Positions 12,276 to 25,236 of a stretch of DNA of 64,000 nt are shown here, piece by piece. Under the pieces are notes generated by a model. That model ran no database searches. It worked only from the letters and a program-made list of their open reading frames with translations, and had not been told where the DNA came from. This DNA comes from Macrostomum lignano (taxonomy: Eukaryota): positions 186,001 through 250,000 of the forward strand of contig NIVC01000027.1 in assembly GCA_002269645.1 (NCBI GenBank), given 5' to 3'. A program made the translations under genes and the position numbers. Position 1 is the stretch's first letter. Every line of letters starts with the position of its first letter.

Positions 12276-15200
12276 ATGACTAAGCTCCACGCTGCCAAAG
12301 GAGCGACATTCTGTCTGCAAATTAATTTACAGCATTGCGTATCTGCGTCAGTAAATCTGATGAAGATTGCTGAGCTGTACAGGCCAGGCCTCATCCTGAT
12401 CCAGGAACCCTGGATGCGCAACGGTAAGTTGCCCAACATTCCCTCTGGCTACTCTGATTTTTATGTGTGTGGCCCGGGGAACAGTCGCCCTAGAGCGGCT
12501 ATCCTCGCTGCTAGCCATCTCCAGGCTTGGCTGAGGACTGATCTCTCTGATGGAGACCTTTGCGTCATCCAATCTAATCATTTCTCTCCGCGTACGTGTC
12601 TTGTTGCCTCGGTTTATATCCCAGGCGACAGAGACCCTGCTCCTGAGAGTTTACTGCGCCTCGCGCAGTACTGCGAGTCCCAGAACGCTGAGCTGTGCTT
12701 AGGGGGCGACCTCAACGCGCACCACAAGCACTGGGGCAGTAAAGATACCAACACTAGAGGAGAGGAGCTTCTGGCCCTCATCTCTAACACAAACCTCATG
12801 CTCTGCAACCGCGGCAGCACTCCTACCTTTAATAATGGCAGATGGACTGAGGTCCTCGACGCCACACTCGTTACCCCAAGACTCTTTGACAGAGTTGAGG
12901 AGTGGAGAGTCTGGTCTGAGGAGCCCTCCCTGTCTGACCACTGCTTTATCGCCTTTAACATCGCGGACACTAAAACCCAGTCTCCGATCACTTGGAGACG
13001 CAATATCCGCAACACTGATTGGGCGGCCTACAAGGCTGCCCTTGATCTGCACCTGCAGGAACTCACGGACTTACGTCCGATTGAGACCTGCGAGGATGTG
13101 GATCATATGGCTGAGACGCTGACAGGTTGCATTATTGAAGCCTACGAAGCGGCTTGTCCTGCTCGCGCCTACAAAGGCAAGACCTCGGCGCCGTGGTGGA
13201 ACCCGGAGCTGGGGAAACTCAGGCGGAAGGCCAAAAGCCTTCATCGCCGTGCCATGAAGACCGGAAACCCGGAGGACATGGAGCTTTTCCGGCAAGCCTC
13301 CCGCAATTTCAAATCTGAAGTGCGCAAGGCCAAGGAATGTAAGTGGCGCCAATTCTGCAATGAATTGGATCAAGACAGACCTACTTCTAGGCTTGTCAAG
13401 GCCCTGACAATGGACAAAATGTCCAAATTAGCCATGATCAAAAAAGATGTTGGCTCTCTTACTAAAGACCCTGAAGAAGTGCTTCAGCATATGCTTAGCA
13501 CATTCTTCCCGAGGGTACCTACTGCTAGACCGGAGCCCAACCATTCGATGGATGGAGCCACCCTAGCGGCGGGCATTGTCACTGAAGACCTAATCGCTCG
13601 TGCGGTCAGAACCTTCAAACCCTTCAAATCTCCTGGACCTGATGGTATCTACCCTGTTCTCCTTCGTGAAGCAGCCAAGATACCCTCGTTCCTGAGACTC
13701 ACCCGCAATCTTATGCGGGCCTCTATCCAGCTGGGATACGTTCCCAAATGCTGGACTGAAGCTCGGGTAGTCTTTATTCCCAAACCTGGGAAGGGCGACT
13801 ACCAAAGCGTCAAGGCCTTCCGGCCTATTAGCTTAACGTCAGCAATGCTTAAGCTCACTGAGAGGCTTATTCTCTGGCGGCTGCTGTCCTGCGAGCTGAC
13901 AGCGATGCCCCTCAGCAATAATCAGCACGCCTTCCGTACCGGGAGGTCGACTGACAGCGCCTTGCATGCGATTGTCGAGAAGATTGAAAGGGCGGTACTG
14001 GGTGACGGTTACGCTCTGGCTCTCTTTCTTGACATTGTTGGCGCCTTCGACAACGTTATCTTTGAAGCGTTTCAGAGGGCCCTTCAAAATCGCAAAGCTC
14101 ATGCTACCCTCATACGGTGGATCATGTACATGATCTCCAACCGTACGGTCACTGCCCAACTTCTTGGGCAAACTGCCTCCACCAGAGTCTGTAAGGGTGG
14201 ACCCCAAGGCGGAGTCCTCACCCCGACGCTCTGGAACCTGGTCATGGACGCTCTTTGAGTGACTCCCGACCCGACCCCGTCTTCAAAGTCGGGTATGCTG
14301 ATGACGTCACGGCCATTGTGGCAGGACCGTCTCCCAGCACGCTCAGGGATCTGATGCAGAGCTTTATCCGCAAAGCAGAATCCTGGGCCAATGACAATGG
14401 TCTGGAACTCTCTGAGCCCAAAACCGTTGCCATTATGTTTACCAGCAGACTACGCTGGAACATACGTCCTCTGCAGCTCTACGGCAGAGATATTGCCTTC
14501 GCGCACCAGACCAGATGTCTCGGGGTCATACTTGACCACCGGCTCAACTGGTCCTCCCACGTGAAAGCAAAAGCCAAGCGTGCCTCAGCCATCCTGGCCC
14601 AGCTCCGACGAGCACTTGGCACTTCTTGGGGTCTATCCCCAAAGCGGCTTTGGTGGATCTATACTTCCGTAGTTAGACCTGCCATTACGTACGCCTCTGT
14701 TGTCTGGGTTAGCGCTACCCAGGTCAAAAGCCATGCAGACCTGCTCAACACGATCCAAGGCAGAGCGTGTAGGCTCATCTGCAACGCCACCAGGTCCACG
14801 CCCTTTGCTGGCATGGGGGCCTTCCTTAATCTTCCGCCTCTTGACCTCTTCATCAGGGGTGAGGCGGCTAGAACGACGCGGCGTCTAATTGATGCCGGCG
14901 TCAAATTCATTTACATGAGAGCACCTGCTAAGCGGAACCTTGTCCCGCATAGCGATCTGTGCCTCAACTTTCTCAACGAGTGTCAGGCCAATCGCGTCTT
15001 CACCGATGGCATTGCCTCAACGCTCAACCTGAGACAGCGCTACTCCGTAGCTATCGACTCGCGCGATAACATCAATGACCAATGGAACCCTGGTGAGCTT
15101 CATTGCTACACCGACGGTTCTAAGCAGTCAGCCAACACCGGCTTTGGTGTTGGAATCTTTCTGAACGGGAGGGTCATCGCTACCCACGCTCAATACACTG

Positions 15201-16015
15201 GGGTCAACTCCAGTGTTCTCCAAAATGAAGTTCTGGCCATCAGCTCCTGCACTGCAGAGCTTCTCGCCACTGGCGTTACTGGTAAGAACATCATTTTCCA
15301 TTCGGACAGCCAAGCTGCCTTGCACGCCATCAGTGGCTGCAGCACCAACTCTGCTACAGTCCTCGACTGTATCAAACTCCTCAACATGTTGGGTTCCGCC
15401 AACAAAATTACCCTTAAGTGGGTTCCGGGGCATGTGGGGATCCGAGGAAATGAGTTGGCTGACACCCTTGCAAAAGTTGGTGCCTCCGGCTCCTCTCTCG
15501 GCCCCGAACCTCTTGTCCCGATTCCTGGCTGTGTCATCGACTCGCGCATCAAAGCGTGGATCAGGACTCAGCACCGCTCGACTTGGGCGAACCGCACGAA
15601 CTGCAGGCAATCCAGAGGCGCTGTCCCTCAGCCCTCTCACCAGCTCCGGAAGCTCCTCTTGCGCCTCTCGCGCAGAGACATCCGGGCTGCCACCATGACC
15701 CTCTCTGGTCACGGCTGCTTCTCCAGGCACCAGTACCTGCAGGGCAACGCCACCAACGCCACCTGTAGCTTCTGCAACTCAGGTGACGAAACCGCTGAGC
15801 ATTTCGTCAGCATCTGTCCCGCCTTCACGCGGGCCAGACTCACTTACCTCGGGCCACACACATCTATTACTGAAGCGTGCAAACCCGAAAACTTTAATCA
15901 GCTCATGCGCTACCTTCGGGCCACCCGCAGGGCTGAACTCTCCTTTCCAGAGAGCACCATAGCTGCTGGCGACACTGGGGGACCTCCCTGGGCGGCGCCA
16001 ACCCTCCGTCCATAG
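12276..16015 (+). CDS. LINE-A ORF2: AP endonuclease - reverse transcriptase - RNase H - Zn knuckle; 1-bp frameshift at 14254-14256
   Basis: LIQEP, GDLNAHH, SDH (APE); PGPDGI, QHAF, PQGGVL, YADD (RT); YTDGS, HSDSQAAL, GHVGIRGNELAD (RNase H); CSFC..HFVSIC. Confidence 0.93.
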
Positions 16016-16649
16016 CGACGCGTCGGCCGTTCAGGGACTAGCGGAATGGGCGCCCGCGCCTTCCCGCTGTGTCCCCTTCGGGACAGCCCTGCAGCTAAGT
16101 CAAGTAAGTCAAAGAGCGCACACTCAGATGTACATAAATAAAGTTCCTATACTATGACTTTTTAGATGAAAAATACTACATAAGTCCTTTCTTGCCTTAA
16201 ACTTGATTAAATTCACAGTTGCAAATCTGTTCAGGCAATCCTAGCTACTAAAACACCAACTAATTTTTTTCGCAGGTATGAGTCAATGTCGGCTGAGACA
16301 AATTACATGGTACATTGTTGTTGCCTGTCGGGACACTCCCGCCAAAGCAATTCAAGTTTAAATACACTATCTGATAAGATCATGGTACCGTTCGTCCCCA
16401 TAGCATAGATTACATGCACATGAAGCATGTATTGACAACACGTCAACATGAGCATACATCGGTGATGTATGAGGTAACTTGTTTATGTTGTACTCTGCAC
16501 CCCCTTCTCGGCACGTTGATTTTAATTCCTGTTAACTCCTGTCCAACGGCTCATCCAAGCCGGTTGCATTCGCAAGCAGAGCCCTATCGGCAGTCGAGTC
16601 GAGGTACTCACAGACGAAACGGGAGGCTCTCGCAATCAAGTTCGGCTGC

Positions 16650-18200
16650 CTGAAATTTCGACACTATCTCAGCGGCGCCGCCAACTTCACTGTCGTCACC
16701 GACCACAAGCCGCTGACCTTCATGCTCAAGCCCGGCTCGCGCCCACCTCCACGCAGCGAAGGCATGGCGCTCAGCATCAAGGACATGCAGTTCAGCGTCA
16801 TCTATCAGCCAGGCCCGTTCAACCCGAGCGACATCCTCAGCCGGCAGCCAGAGCCCGCTCCGACATCGATCAACATCGGCGAGATCTTGGACTCAAACTT
16901 CATCGGCAGCATCACACAAGCGGTGACGCCGAGAGGCCTGTCCCTGCAGCAAGTCCGGGAAGCCACGGCCCGTGATGCTATTCTATCGACTGTGCTGTCA
17001 TTTTTGAGAACAGGCAATTGCGATCTGCGGGACGGCAGCATCCGACAACTGCACGCCGACAGGCACGAGTTGACAAAGGCTTCTGGCCTTCTGCTGCGAG
17101 ACCAAAGATTGATAATCCCAAAAGCCCAGCGGCCCGCTGTTCTCCAGCTTGCTCACCAAGGACATCAAGGCGAGACCAAAACACTGCGCCGACTCAATTC
17201 CAAGGTCTGGTGGCCCGGAATGTTAGCTGAGGCCAAGCAACTGGTAGCACATTGCCTGGAATGTGCGGCCACCAAACATCAAGTGGAAGTTCCGGCAAAA
17301 CCCACTGCAACCGACTGAGCTGCCGGAGTCTGCCTGGTCCATCATCGGCATCGACTCTCTTGGACCTGCCAACGGCCGGCATTTCCTGATGATCGTAGAC
17401 CACAACTCGCGCTACCCCATGGTCGTGGCGATGAAGTCGATCACAGCTAACCGCGCCACCTGACAGTTACAGCAGGTCTTCCCGACCTTCGGGATTCCCC
17501 AGCGGATCGTGACGGAAAACGGTCCGACATTCACATCAGAAGCCTTCAGGAGTTTCGTCACAAGCCTCGGAATCAGCCACCGGCGCATCACACCGCACCA
17601 TCCCGAAGCAAATGGCATTACCGAGTGAATCAACAGGTCCCTGAACAAGCTGCTCTGCATCTCCAACGCCCAAGGAACCGACTGGAGGACGGCATTGCAG
17701 GAGTGGCTCGCCGCGTACCGCAGCACTCCGAACACGGCCACAGGAGTCGCCCCAGCCGACCTGATGTTCGGGAGACCAGTCCAAGACTGCATTCCAGGAG
17801 TCAAGCCGCAGGCTGCAGCAAAGACGGTCAGGAACAGAGACCGTCAGTACAAGGCCGCCATGAAGCACTACGCCGACCGACAAGATCCGCCGCAGAGCAT
17901 CGCATCCAAGCTGGCGATAAAGTCCTCCGCAGAAAATTCCAGCCATCGAAAACGGACACGCCATTTGAAATTCAGCCCTGGACGATTACGGAAACGGAGG
18001 TCAAAGGCGACTCTGTCATCCTGGAGAGCACGGGCGGCAGCAACAGGAGACGGACCAGACGAGACCGGCGGTCCAGAAGGCGACCCGACGGCCGCTCCAG
18101 CACCCGCGGAGCCACCGGCAGCAGCCGGTGCGGGGGAGCTGCCAATCACGAACCGTCAGCATCCAAGAAGCTGCAAACTGCCGCAACCCGATTATAGGAC
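16650..18200 (+). mobile_element. degenerate Ty3/Gypsy pol fragment (end of RNase H plus integrase)
   Basis: TDHKPL, HQGHQG..WWPGM..CLEC zinc finger, IGID, DHNSRYP, YRSTPNTATGVAPADLMFGR; several stops and frameshifts; no LTRs. Confidence 0.88.
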
Positions 18201-18553
18201 CTGAATTTTTTTCCTGCAAAACTGACGAACCAACCTATAAACCTCTTTTTGCTTTTACAACTTCAAAAGCTAAGAATCACACTAGAATTGTCTTCTTCGA
18301 TCCATTTTTTAGTTTTTTATGCAACAAAAGTAATTTAAGTCAAAAGACGCCTCTGAGTTACCTCTGTTCTGCTACTCAAGCAAATTAGTACTACTAGCTC
18401 CTTGTAGACCTAACAGTCGTGACAGAGCTGCGCAAACCACAGATTATTTTATGCATTTCTGTTGTCAAACGCAATCCTATCATGATAATAAAATATTTGA
18501 TTAACAGGAGGTTTTGTTAACGTAAATACTATAGCTACAATCAAGGGGTTTTT

Positions 18554-18790
18554 GTAGCCTAGGGGTTACGAGAGCGTCGGCTAACGACTAATTAAAGAAT
18601 CGGGGGGCTCGATTCTCGACCAACTTGGAACAATTTATGTCCTTGAGCAAGAGTCTTAACTCTGCAACTCTGCATTAGCTGGGGTAAGGAGACTGTGTGG
18701 CGAGCTCCCAGTCCTTGGACTGAACAGCCGTACGCAGCCTTCAGATGAACATCTGCCCATTAGAGCAGTTGCATGCAATCTGTTATATTA
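18554..18790 (+). mobile_element. tRNA-derived SINE-like repeat
   Basis: A-box-like GTAGCCTAGGGGTTA, B-box-like GCTCGATTCTC, then GTCCTTGAGCAAGAGTCTTAAC resembling a conserved SINE body motif. Confidence 0.55.
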
Positions 18791-19037
18791 GAAGTCGTAT
18801 TAGTATTGCATGTATATAAGCCTAGTAAATATTAACTCTGTGATTTTTTCCTCTTCAGCAAACGTTTCTTTGCTTCCATAAATGGTGTAAGCAGAAATGT
18901 TTCAGGGGATCGCATGCACCCCTTACCTCCAATTAATGGTCTCCAAATAAGTTGCGCTCCTCCAGAAAATATTTGAAAGAGTTAACCGGCCATGACTTTG
19001 AAGAATGTCAGAATCCTAAATTTTGCCACCTATTCAG

Positions 19038-19803
19038 CGAGACAGGGGCGCCCACCAAGAGACAGGGACGCCCACCAAGAGACAGGGGCGCCCACCAAGA
19101 GACAGGGACGCCCACCAAGAGACAGGGGCGCCCACCAAGAGACAGGGGCGCCCACCAAGAGACAGGGGCGCCCACCAAGAGACAGGGGCGCCCAACAAGA
19201 GACAGCGCCTACCAAGAGACAGGGGCTCCCACCAAGAGACAGGGGCGCCCACCAAGAGACAGGGGCGCCCACCAAGAGACAGGGGCGCCCACCAAGAGAC
19301 AGGGGCGCCCACCAAGAGACAGGGGCGCCCACCAAGAGACAGGGGCGCCCAACAAGAGACAGGGGCTCCCACCAAGAGACAGGGGCGCCCACCAAGAGAC
19401 AGGGGCGCCCACCAAGAGACAGGGGCGCCCACCAAGAGACAGGGGCGCCCACCAAGAGACAGGGGCTCCCACCAAGAGACAGGGGCGCCTACCAAGAGAC
19501 AGGGGCTCCCACCAAGAGACAGGGGCGCCCACCAAGAGACAGGGGCGCCCACCAAGAGACAGGGGCGCCCACCAAGACAGGGACGCCCACCAAGAGACAG
19601 GGGCGCCCACCAAGAGACAGGGTCGCCCACCAAGAGACAGGGGCGCCCACCAAGAGACAGGGGCGCCCACCAAGACAGGGACGCCCACCGAGACAGGGGC
19701 GCCCACCGAGACAGGGGCGCCCACCAAGAAGAGACAGGGGCGCCCACCAAGAGACAGGGGCGCCCACCAAGAGACAGAGGCGCCCACCAAGAGACAGGGA
19801 CGC
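19038..19803. repeat. 20-bp GC-rich minisatellite (GAGACAGGGGCGCCCACCAA)n
   Basis: Directly visible; explains the many overlapping repetitive ORFs here. Confidence 0.97.
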
Positions 19804-20697
19804 CGTGCCCACGAAAACACCAAATATTGGCGCCCATACGTGCCAATTAAAATTCCTCGAATTAAAGTTCCGCATATGCCCCAAGCTACAATTTGATCGC
19901 TGCAAAAACGTTTCTGTGCACAAATTTGCATTTTACTTCGCATTCGACGCGAATTCCATGAAAAATGAGAGAGGAGCAAAACTTACAGCGAGAGCTAATA
20001 TTAGTTCTTAAAAAAATTTATCTGTCAAAAACCAGTGTAAAAAGAGGGGGTGGAAAAGCAGTGCTTTTATTCAACTTGGTAGGAATTTGTTTGCCGAATA
20101 TCAACCAGCCGATTTTCGGTGTTTAAACAGCGCTGTTGATTCAACAGCAGGAAATTTTCACTTTTGAAAATTTTACCACTCGGAGCTTGCTTTTATAGTA
20201 ACAGGGGGTGTAGAGGTAAAAATTATAGTTGCATGTGTATAGCAAAACTTCGATGAAAAATCTGATTTTTTACGCAGATTTTTGTGAGAAAGAACCGATA
20301 AAACGAATTAGACTTAACGAATTTTACGAATTAAACTTCTATAACTAAATAAACTAAACTATGAAACTTGCATGTGCGAGTATGTCAAAGAATATGTGCA
20401 ATAATTAACATGTTGCAGCTACTAAGTAAGACTCAGTACAGAGCGTCCAGTTTGACGTCTGACTAGAAAAACAAACTACAATTATCACGCAGTAAAACAA
20501 AATCGAACAGACTTAAAAAATAGGTTTAAATTAAGCAGGAGGTGTTAGCAGAAATTCGATGCATGTCATAGCCATGCATGGCATGTCATGTATTATATAG
20601 TGTGCCAATAAGTTCATTATCAGTATCGTTTTTCGCCATCACAGGGAAACTAACGCTCGTATAGGGAAACAAAAGAAACAAATTTGTCTCGTCTCAA

Positions 20698-22640
20698 TTA
20701 CTTCAAAACCGAAGCGATAGAATCCAAACTGAGCGCCAATAGACGACTCTTCTTGCAAATTGGCTGGCAGATGTTAATCTTGGCCTGCCGGCTTCCTCGG
20801 AATTTAGCAATTAGGTTATGAATATAGTAGGTGCCGGTCTCGGAAAACTCACCTACCGACAGCATCAGCAGGTAGCGATCTTCAACGCAGTGGTCGTAAA
20901 CGTAAGCTACAATCGAAGTCAGAATGCTAATAACAAAGTTAATGAATAGAACGGGGACAAATAGAACATAGAATACGTGCGTAACACTGAGGTCAATGCG
21001 GTCGATTCCGGGTACAAAAATATACGAGTCCACTATGCTCAACGATATTAGAAACGTGTTGTAAAAAGCTTTGAAAAATTCGTCTGCAGTATCCATTCGA
21101 GTATCTGACGAATTGCCGATTCGTGAAAAAGCAAAACTCGACTGGAACATCCGGGTGAAGAAACAAGTCATCACAAGATAGAAGAAAATGAATACTATTG
21201 AACTGGAGATGCACGTATAGAAACTGCTCATAAGTGTTGTTATTGGCAGAATGAGCCTGGCATAGCAGATGATGTTAGAGACACTGGCTAGCATGAGCAG
21301 CATGACGCAGCAGCCACACACTGGGTAGATGAATTCGCCAAGCAGCAAACAGTTCCGCCCTGCATCCATATAGAGCCACAGAAGCAACGCAGCGACAATA
21401 AATGACACCATGCAGGGCGTCATCCAGCTGACTATTTCCATCACGTTCTTTCTCGGACGTTGTGGGTAGCCAACCTTTCGTCTGCAAAAAATGAACCGAT
21501 CATTGCATTCATTGCAAGGTTTTAATATAAATTGTCACATTGCGGCTCAATTGTAACTCACCGATAGGTCTCCTTCTGCAAATACCAGAAACTGGCGTGC
21601 GCTACTCCGTAAAGATTTACAAATATCCAGATTAATAGAATGAACTTGAAACCAGTTGGCATCGCCGCATCGCTTCCGCCGCACCGACTTCGCAGGTAGT
21701 CATTGAGATCCGGCCCGGAGAACATCAGCGTGGCGAAGGTCATGAACAGTGAATTGCATAGATACACACCGAACACTACCTGGTTACGATGGAACAGCAG
21801 CTCAGCCCATCGACGCCAAAGCCTGCCGGAGCGGAAGATGCCCAGCTTTTTTAGTTCAGCCAAATCGCTGCGGCTGTACAAGTCTAGAAGCACGTTGATC
21901 GGGCCCGTCATGAACTGAGGACTGCCTCCGGTGATGTAAGCATCGTATGTAATTTGCTCACTCAAACCAAATGGTTCCGAGTGCACTTGCGGGCTTGAAG
22001 CGAGGTAAATGATAACGTACTCAACGTAATTGGCCAGGCCTAGGAACACGCCCCAGCTCATCGGATCCATTCCAAACCTACACAAGGTCTGAATCATTCG
22101 CTGTTGCTGTTCCGTCGTGAACAGGGTCCTGTGAAACAGATCTAACAGACTCTTGCACTCTTCAGTCATACCCGAGCCTGAGGCGGAACCGGCGCTCTCG
22201 TCAGTCATGAAGCGAATCGCGCTCATCAGCACGTGATACGCAGTGAAGCCGTTGTCGTTAATCTCAGCAAAGTCGACGCCAGATTCGTTCATAAACCGGA
22301 GACAGCGCTGAGCATTGTAGAAGATGGCAATAAAAAACGGATTGGTCGGAAACGGGTGCTTTGAGTTACCGATCGATGACGTGTGAAAAAAATTGGGATC
22401 GCAATCCGACCACGCGCCAGTAATGTCAAAGCTCTTCAGAAAATCTTTCCAATTCAATTTCTTCGAAGCCGCTTTTAAGTCGTCAACATTGTCGGTCGCG
22501 ATGCACTTTATAAATGCAAGCCATTGTCGGTGACCTGGTAGAAACTCTTTGATGTCAAACTGACCTGGCTCATTTTTGGTACTCGTATCTTCCTCCAGGC
22601 AATGTTGGACCGCAGTAGCAGGTGATACTTTGACTTTCAT
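20698..22640 (-). CDS. TRPV-like ankyrin-repeat cation channel, copy 1; exons 22640-21562 and 21481-20698 (620 aa)
   Basis: GT-AG intron 21482-21561 joins both ORFs in frame; ankyrin-like NGFTAYHVL, six hydrophobic segments, pore SLSIVD, S6 VLFINFVISIL. Confidence 0.75.
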
Positions 22641-25236
22641 GACGCGATTTTTTAACGCCTCGTTATTTTTTGTCTTTTTCAGTCAGTAGGTTGCCTTTCT
22701 ATCGGTTGTTTAAGGTGGTAGCTGTAGCTGCTCAGTGCCGCTGCAACCAATCGGATTGTTTGTACCTCACAGGGCCGAGCAGTCCTTATATTGAGTAGGA
22801 TATCTTCAATTTCTTCCCTAAGACTGGAAATATTCAAGTTATATGAGCCATTTGCTTTGCTTCCTTATACGAATTCTTGTTAACTGATTCTTTTAACAAA
22901 ACTTCTATTATTCCACTTCCTACGCTTGCACTTGGCTTGGCCAAATATTGAAAAATTCAATTTGAATGCATATAGTATCTGAGAAGCTACAACTTCAATC
23001 TTTCACGGCTTCACGTCGAGGCAAATTAAATTTCAATGAAAACAGAAACGGGATGCTTATGCACACTTTGGGAGGAGTTGCAATTGTAGCATTTGTTCTC
23101 CAATATGTACATTTACGCTTTGAAGTCTGAATAGTCTGAAGTTGGGATGACCGATGCATCTTGGAGACAAAAGCACGATATGTGAACAGAAATCCGGTCT
23201 AGTGTTGATAAGGCCACAGTGAACTAGGATTCCCAGCTAGTGGTGCTAATTCTTATCATCTGGGAATAAACAAGGCTTAAACAAAAGATGAAGAGTGTCA
23301 ATTTTAATCGAACTGAAGGAATCAATAAATAGATATGATGTTTTGTTAAAAAAGGGTACGGCTCGTAGTAGCTACTGCTAAAGTAAGTGTGGAATTCTTC
23401 AAATCAAACTGTCAAATTCGTGTGTATTAGTAACTGGTACAGGCGACTAAAATTGCTCTTTCTTACGTAAGGTATACTCAACAGCATGAAAAAGTTACGA
23501 TCCTTTGAGACTGCGCAGAAAATTCTAGTTCAGTAGCTGGTGACTTTTGAGTGACGCAACTTGCGCCACGCAACCCAGAGTTGGGCTGGGTGAGGAGGGA
23601 TCGGATGGGATGAAGCTTCCGCGCCCGGTTTTATTGCATTTTTTCAAGCATTTTTTAATATCAAAACGGTTTTACCAGGTGATAGACACTGGTCGAAAGA
23701 CACTGCTCACTGGGGCAAAAGGTGGCGACTTTTCAATGTTGCTGAGTATACTAAATGTTCAGTATAGAGCTGCAGATGCAGATTATATATTCACCTGGTA
23801 CATTGCTTTTTAGGCGAGGTTTTACAAGTCTGCCAAGTGCTCTCGTGAACAAAGTTGAAAATAACAACAACGACCACATGGTGTTACAGCGGTCCAGACT
23901 TTCTAATCGTCAGGCACGAACACTCGCTGTGTGCCTTGAGGTTGGGCCCTCTTGGGTAAAGTCCCAAATTAATTCTACCGCGGATATACTGTAGAACCGA
24001 ACGAGGGGCCAGAGGTGTTTAGCCCTAAGGTTGCTGCATTTACTAGTGCTTTTGAACATTGAGTTTTGTACCTGAAGCCTTTTTCTTTGCTGGATGCATA
24101 TCGTTTGCTGTAGCGGTTTGTTAAGGACTTGCAGCGTTCACTCGGATTTTTTGAAGGATGCTTTAATAGGCTTGCCAGATGCCTCTAATTCTACGGGTAG
24201 TTGCACATGTACGGAAGCTATAAATCTACGAAAATATCAATTGTTTTGCAACTGTAAATAATATCCAGATAACTGTGGATTCTTCCATTAAATATTTGTT
24301 ATGCATACAAGCACTGTGGCTTGCAATTGTACTTTATAGCGACTCTGCAAACTGTAGGAAACTGGGTATCAGCATAGCATGAATGCGGGTTGATTAATTC
24401 AATCATGTTGCAACAAGGCTTCACATCACAGAGAATTCTTTTATTTACCTAGCGGCAAAGAGAACTGAGCAAACAGAAGCAAAAATCTTTGGGGAATATT
24501 TCTCCTTAAATTCTGATTATAAACTTTCCAACTCGAACCCATGCAGTGCCGCTTTTGCGGCCCATTTCATCGAGTCACTTCAGAAGAAAACTGAAGTTGA
24601 AACCATATTTACGCAACTTGAACTATTGCAGAACGTGACCAGAAATTCAATATTATTTGTTTGCTAAAATAGAACTGAAGCTTTTTAAGTTTTTCTCTTT
24701 ATTTGTGAAGAAAAAAGACTTGACGATAGATGAGAAGTGTTGACTTAAAGATACAAGATAGGTGCATGGCTGTTCACCTGAGAAATCTGTGCCAGATAGG
24801 GCTACTCATGGCTGACTGCATCGCTTTACGCAGTTGTTCGTTGATATTGTTCGTAGCTCCAGAACTAATTTTCTTTGTTGCTTCGTTCTCTGTATGACAG
24901 AGAATCTTCTGAGTAGCATCTTCCGTTTGTTTCAGACGGTGCTCGAGACCATTTTGCTTCAACAACGGCTTAAGTTACTGCATGACATTTTCTAGTGTCC
25001 TGCGCGTGATTTAGCGTCGTACACTGTGTCTGTCGCCTCCTTTCCTGTCGACTGCTTTTCCTGTTGGTTAGCTGAGGCAGGGGCTGTACACTTTAAGCGA
25101 CATTGTCACACAACCGGCGAGAGGCATTGCTGCCCATTCCGCCGACTCCCCTGAGCAGGCACACAAGCGCGCGGATATGTACGCAGTCAAACGCACAGGC
25201 ACACACTCACACAGGAGTGCACAGCGGCCCTAATTT

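Larger units (their letters stand above)
10978..16112 (+). mobile_element. full-length non-LTR retrotransposon (LINE-A), LOA/Lian-like, I group
   Basis: ORF1 plus ORF2 with APE, RT, RNase H and a C-terminal CCHC motif; 5' CATTC start; 3' tail TAAGTCAAGTAAGTCAA; no convincing TSD seen. Confidence 0.9.

Noticed and set aside
12348-15768. Many antisense and alternate-frame ORFs over LINE-A (likewise 37634-43364 over LINE-B and 16805-18219 over the Gypsy fragment)
   Set aside because: Shadow ORFs of GC-rich coding sequence; no independent motifs
18952-20011. Long repetitive ORFs on both strands (RDRGAHQETGAPTK..)
   Set aside because: By-product of a stop-free 20-bp minisatellite that is open in several frames
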